Shown here: piece by piece, positions 29,019-32,000 of the stretch
Position numbering within the stretch: position 1 is the stretch's first letter
Layout of the letters: each line of letters opens with the position of its first letter
Notes under the pieces: model-generated
Told to the model about the DNA's origin: nothing
Databases searched by the model: none
Seen by the model: the letters and a program-made list of their open reading frames with translations, nothing else
Program-made: the position numbers and the translations under genes
From: Candidatus Thorarchaeota archaeon
GTDB lineage: Archaea > Asgardarchaeota > Heimdallarchaeia > Hodarchaeales > Hodarchaeaceae
NCBI GenBank assembly: GCA_048882505.1
Contig: JBHLRO010000001.1
Location: 60,001 to 92,000 of the forward strand
Length of the DNA stretch: 32,000 nucleotides
Direction of reading: 5' to 3'

Positions 29019-29702
29019 TTATTCATAAATAAAACGCTTTATTTCAGTCCATAGGTTTTCCTCTTTCCCCTGCAGACTATGATCCGCTGGTAACTTCTTC
29101 ATTATTACATTTGAATTATCATTGGCAAAATTCTCACTCCATTTGCAAGGAACTACCAGATCCTGGCTACCATGTAGGATTAACGTGGGCACGTTGGATT
29201 CAGTAAATATTGGTGTTGGAGGCGGGAAAGCGATCATATCCTGACAAAAGCTGTACATAAGAGGTACTAGCTTCTTATAGCGATAATGTTCTACCAAGAC
29301 GAATCCTTGTTTTTTCCAGTCCGATAAGGAAACGTTGAGAGCAGATTGAATAAAATCCAGGGAAAATTGCAGGGCTGGTGCCATCAGGATTAGGCGATCA
29401 ACGAATTCAGGATGCATTTGGGCAAACCAAGCGGCCAAGAAACCTCCAAAACTCGAGCCTATCAAAATGCATCTTTCTTGGCGGTAATTAGCTAGAATCT
29501 TGGGAATATCAGTTTCAATTCTTTTAAGGAGTCTAGACAGCCGCAGCTCCGAGAAGGCTGTTTCTGATGAAATGTAATCATATACGAAGAACTTTGCGAT
29601 CTGATCTTCCCCACGGATTCTTTCACGAAAAAAGGATGCTTTTCTGGAATTAGGGCCCGAGGCGAATCCATATAAATAGATCAGGAATCTTGGTTTATCC
29701 AT
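29019..29702 (-). CDS. YqiA/YcfP-like alpha/beta-hydrolase (esterase)
   Basis: GFASGP oxyanion region, nucleophile GSSFGG, HGSQD and DH. Confidence 0.88.
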   Translation of the reverse strand: MDKPRFLIYLYGFASGPNSRKASFFRERIRGEDQIAKFFVYDYISSETAFSELRLSRLLKRIETDIPKILANYRQERCILIGSSFGGFLAAWFAQMHPEFVDRLILMAPALQFSLDFIQSALNVSLSDWKKQGFVLVEHYRYKKLVPLMYSFCQDMIAFPPPTPIFTESNVPTLILHGSQDLVVPCKWSENFANDNSNVIMKKLPADHSLQGKEENLWTEIKRFIYE

Positions 29703-29761
29703 CGATTATAACTCAGTTAATCCGATATTAAAACGAAGTTTATGGAGGAACCTGAGGGCTT

Positions 29762-30805
29762 TCAGGGGACCATGACCACTTTTCCGAATTGTTTTCCTCC
29801 CTCAAGAATCCGCTGGGCATCCTGGGCTTTTGATAATGGTAAAACAGTGTCAATTACTGGTTTTAGGTTTCCCCTCCATACATAATCCAGAACTTCCCGT
29901 AATTCTTGACGACTTGCCATGGTGGATCCAATCAGCTCGAGTTGATTCCAGAATAGCAGGTTGAGATTAGTTATAGCTCTTGGCCCTGTGGTCGCGCCAC
30001 AAGTTACCAGCCGACCACCTTTCCGAAGGGCTCGCATGTTCTTTTGCCAGTTTTCTTGCCCTGATGAGTCAATAACTACATCGACGCCTCGCCTATCGGT
30101 GTGATAATAAATCTCCTTATGATAATCAGGATTATCAACATAATTGATGCCTAGGCTTGCGCCAAGTTCTTTTGCCTTCTTTAATTTTTCATTAGAAGAT
30201 GAAGTGACAAAAACCCGCGCACCAAGCAATTGTGCAATTTGCAGGGCAGCCAAGGCGACTCCGCCGCCTATTCCTGTGATTAAAACATTATCAGCCTTTT
30301 TAACCCGAGCTCTTGTTTTCACCATGCGATACGCAGTCATAAATGTTAAGGGGACAGCAGCGGATTCAGTCATATCTAACGGACTGTTTTTGGGAATTAA
30401 AATCGCGTTTTCCCGTGGAATAGCCAGGTATTCTGCGTATCCCCCTCGAATATGTTCACCAATGACACCATAATTACGACAGAGAGAAACCTCGCCGATT
30501 TGACAAAATCTACATTTCCCACAAGAAATTCCTGGATCAACAACAATCTTGTTTCCAGCTTCGAGATTCTCCTCACGATTTTCACTGCCTATTTCCTCTA
30601 TCTCTCCGCTGATATCGCTGCCAAGAATATGGGGCATTTTAAGGTTCAATCCTGGTATCCCAGCGCGGACAAAGAGATCTAGGTGGTTTAATGCAACCGC
30701 CGCGACCTTTACCAAGATTTGATTAGATTCAATTGTTGGAGTCGGATATTCTGAGAACTCAAGCTTCTCAATAGATCCAAATTCATGTAACAATACTGCT
30801 TTCAT
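29762..30805 (-). CDS. MDR-family NAD(P)H oxidoreductase with a structural Zn site only
   Basis: MKAVLLHEFG start, CGKCRFC...C structural-Zn lobe, GIGGGVA and FGKVVM. The catalytic Cys position reads ALNHLD and the GHE motif reads GSD. Confidence 0.88.
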   Translation of the reverse strand: MKAVLLHEFGSIEKLEFSEYPTPTIESNQILVKVAAVALNHLDLFVRAGIPGLNLKMPHILGSDISGEIEEIGSENREENLEAGNKIVVDPGISCGKCRFCQIGEVSLCRNYGVIGEHIRGGYAEYLAIPRENAILIPKNSPLDMTESAAVPLTFMTAYRMVKTRARVKKADNVLITGIGGGVALAALQIAQLLGARVFVTSSSNEKLKKAKELGASLGINYVDNPDYHKEIYYHTDRRGVDVVIDSSGQENWQKNMRALRKGGRLVTCGATTGPRAITNLNLLFWNQLELIGSTMASRQELREVLDYVWRGNLKPVIDTVLPLSKAQDAQRILEGGKQFGKVVMVP

Positions 30806-31114
30806 GCTTCTAACCCTATAGGACGTAATAATAAAAAAAATCAATATTCTTAGGATCGAAAACATCAAACTGATCCCGTTTTTTGGAGAGTAAAGTCTGT
30901 CCTCATTTATCTTTATTCGCTGGTCGGAAACATTTCGTTTCTTAATATAATCATATTATGCGTATTATTTCATTAATAATTAAACAAACAATTAAAACTG
31001 TTTTAATAGCCATTAAATCACTGAAATCTTTATATGTCAAGAGGAGAGGTGAATAATTGAACCTTTAGAGATGTAGCGATTCAATCTAGTGGATTAGTCC
31101 CTGGAGAATTGATA

Positions 31115-32000
31115 GTGCGATCTAAGGTAAAGAATAAGAGAGATTTGTTCATATTAATTGTTCTGTCATCTTTTTTTATACTTTACTTATCAAGAGCTAT
31201 TTGGGGCCTAGTGGCACCAATATCCTACATTCGAGTTGGCCAAACAGTGGCAGAATATCAGGGAGGGGATGGCATAGACCTTGAAGCCCAGGCTTGGCTG
31301 AATATCGACATTGCTAAAGCAATGTATGAATCTTTACCAATAAACAGATCCCGCATCGCCATTATTGATTCCGGGTTGGCAACGAGCGCTTGGACCTACA
31401 TTGAGGCAAATTCAAAAAGCCATGTGCTTCAATATATACGGTGCAACGAAGTTTTCAATCTGTGGCCTCCTCCTTTTTTTTGGAAATGGGATGGTACATA
31501 CTCAGTGGCAACCGATCCGGATGATCCCATTGTAACTGACATTAATGGCCACGGAACCGCAGTTACCTCGATTCTTGCGAACACTTTACCTCATGCGGAA
31601 ATAATTTTCATTTCCATTCAACGTGGACATCCCTCCATGGTAGAGGGAGCACTTCGCTGGGTTAAGACCAACCATAAAGCATTCAATATTAGGACGGTTT
31701 CTATTTCCACTGGTGCTACCTCTGACTACGAGAGATTTCATGACGAAATAACTTATCTTTACGGTAATGGAGTTACCATTGTGTGTGCAGCTGGCAATGG
31801 TGGTGCTTCAGAGACTAACTGCTATCCAGCTGGGTTTTCTGAGACATTAGCAATCGGTGCGCACTATGATGATCCGGATGGTTTCTTAGAGGACGGAACC
31901 GCCATAAGGGAGGCGGGAAATGTTGTAACCTCAAAACGTTCGAGACAAACTTCCGAATATGCCAATTCATGGAGCTCGATGTGTGGCCCAATACTCGATT
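31115..32000 (+). CDS. S8 subtilisin-like serine protease, 3'-truncated (not in the ORF track)
   Basis: Translated by hand. The frame is open from 31061 to the window end. It has a basic N-terminus and hydrophobic signal/anchor, IAIIDSG (Asp at 31367), NGHGTAV (His at 31550), AAGNGG (oxyanion Asn at 31796) and YPA. The start is GTG 31115 or TTG 31109 after GGAGA. Confidence 0.88.
   Translation, partial: MRSKVKNKRDLFILIVLSSFFILYLSRAIWGLVAPISYIRVGQTVAEYQGGDGIDLEAQAWLNIDIAKAMYESLPINRSRIAIIDSGLATSAWTYIEANSKSHVLQYIRCNEVFNLWPPPFFWKWDGTYSVATDPDDPIVTDINGHGTAVTSILANTLPHAEIIFISIQRGHPSMVEGALRWVKTNHKAFNIRTVSISTGATSDYERFHDEITYLYGNGVTIVCAAGNGGASETNCYPAGFSETLAIGAHYDDPDGFLEDGTAIREAGNVVTSKRSRQTSEYANSWSSMCGPILD

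Noticed and set aside
199-30682. Many short ORFs in the track (for example 805-1191, 4381-4626, 5886-6134, 6405-6653, 8020-8340, 10091-10438, 17681-17959, 28526-28954, 30144-30473)
   Set aside because: They are antisense or off-frame shadows of well-supported genes and have no motifs of their own.
30806-30868. N-terminal extension of the MDR ORF in the track
   Set aside because: The family-typical start MKAV begins at 30805.
1-32000. tRNA, rRNA, IS elements, integrase
   Set aside because: I saw no cloverleaf, rRNA signature, transposase motif or terminal-repeat pair by eye. A tRNAscan/Infernal run would be needed to exclude them fully.

Overview
Gene-dense 32 kb archaeal-looking chromosomal window. 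The TATA-like boxes, oligo-T terminators, a longin-like domain, an orphan multi-TM PAS histidine kinase and a long TPR protein suggest an Asgard (Heimdallarchaeia/Hodarchaeales-like) source; this is inference, not a search result. Most genes are ordinary metabolic accessory genes: ADP-forming acetate-CoA ligase with a DRTGG partner, proline dehydrogenase, FKBP, two DinB proteins, a SAM methyltransferase, AKR, Mth938, LarE, an EamA transporter, DUF309, an APH kinase, an M20 amidohydrolase, a YqiA-type esterase, an MDR and a partial S8 protease missing from the ORF track. Three things stand out. (1) A tandem pair of unrecognised four-Cys paralogs at 25268-26233 heads a same-strand run with an AT-rich orphan D12/Dam-class adenine methyltransferase and a TPR protein. 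(2) A polytopic membrane protein at 11173-12903 combines a degenerate CPBP/Abi-like region, an Asgard-type longin-like domain and a C-terminal TM helix. (3) A second orphan N6-adenine methyltransferase of the gamma class has no visible nuclease partner. I found no rRNA, tRNA, CRISPR array or transposase.
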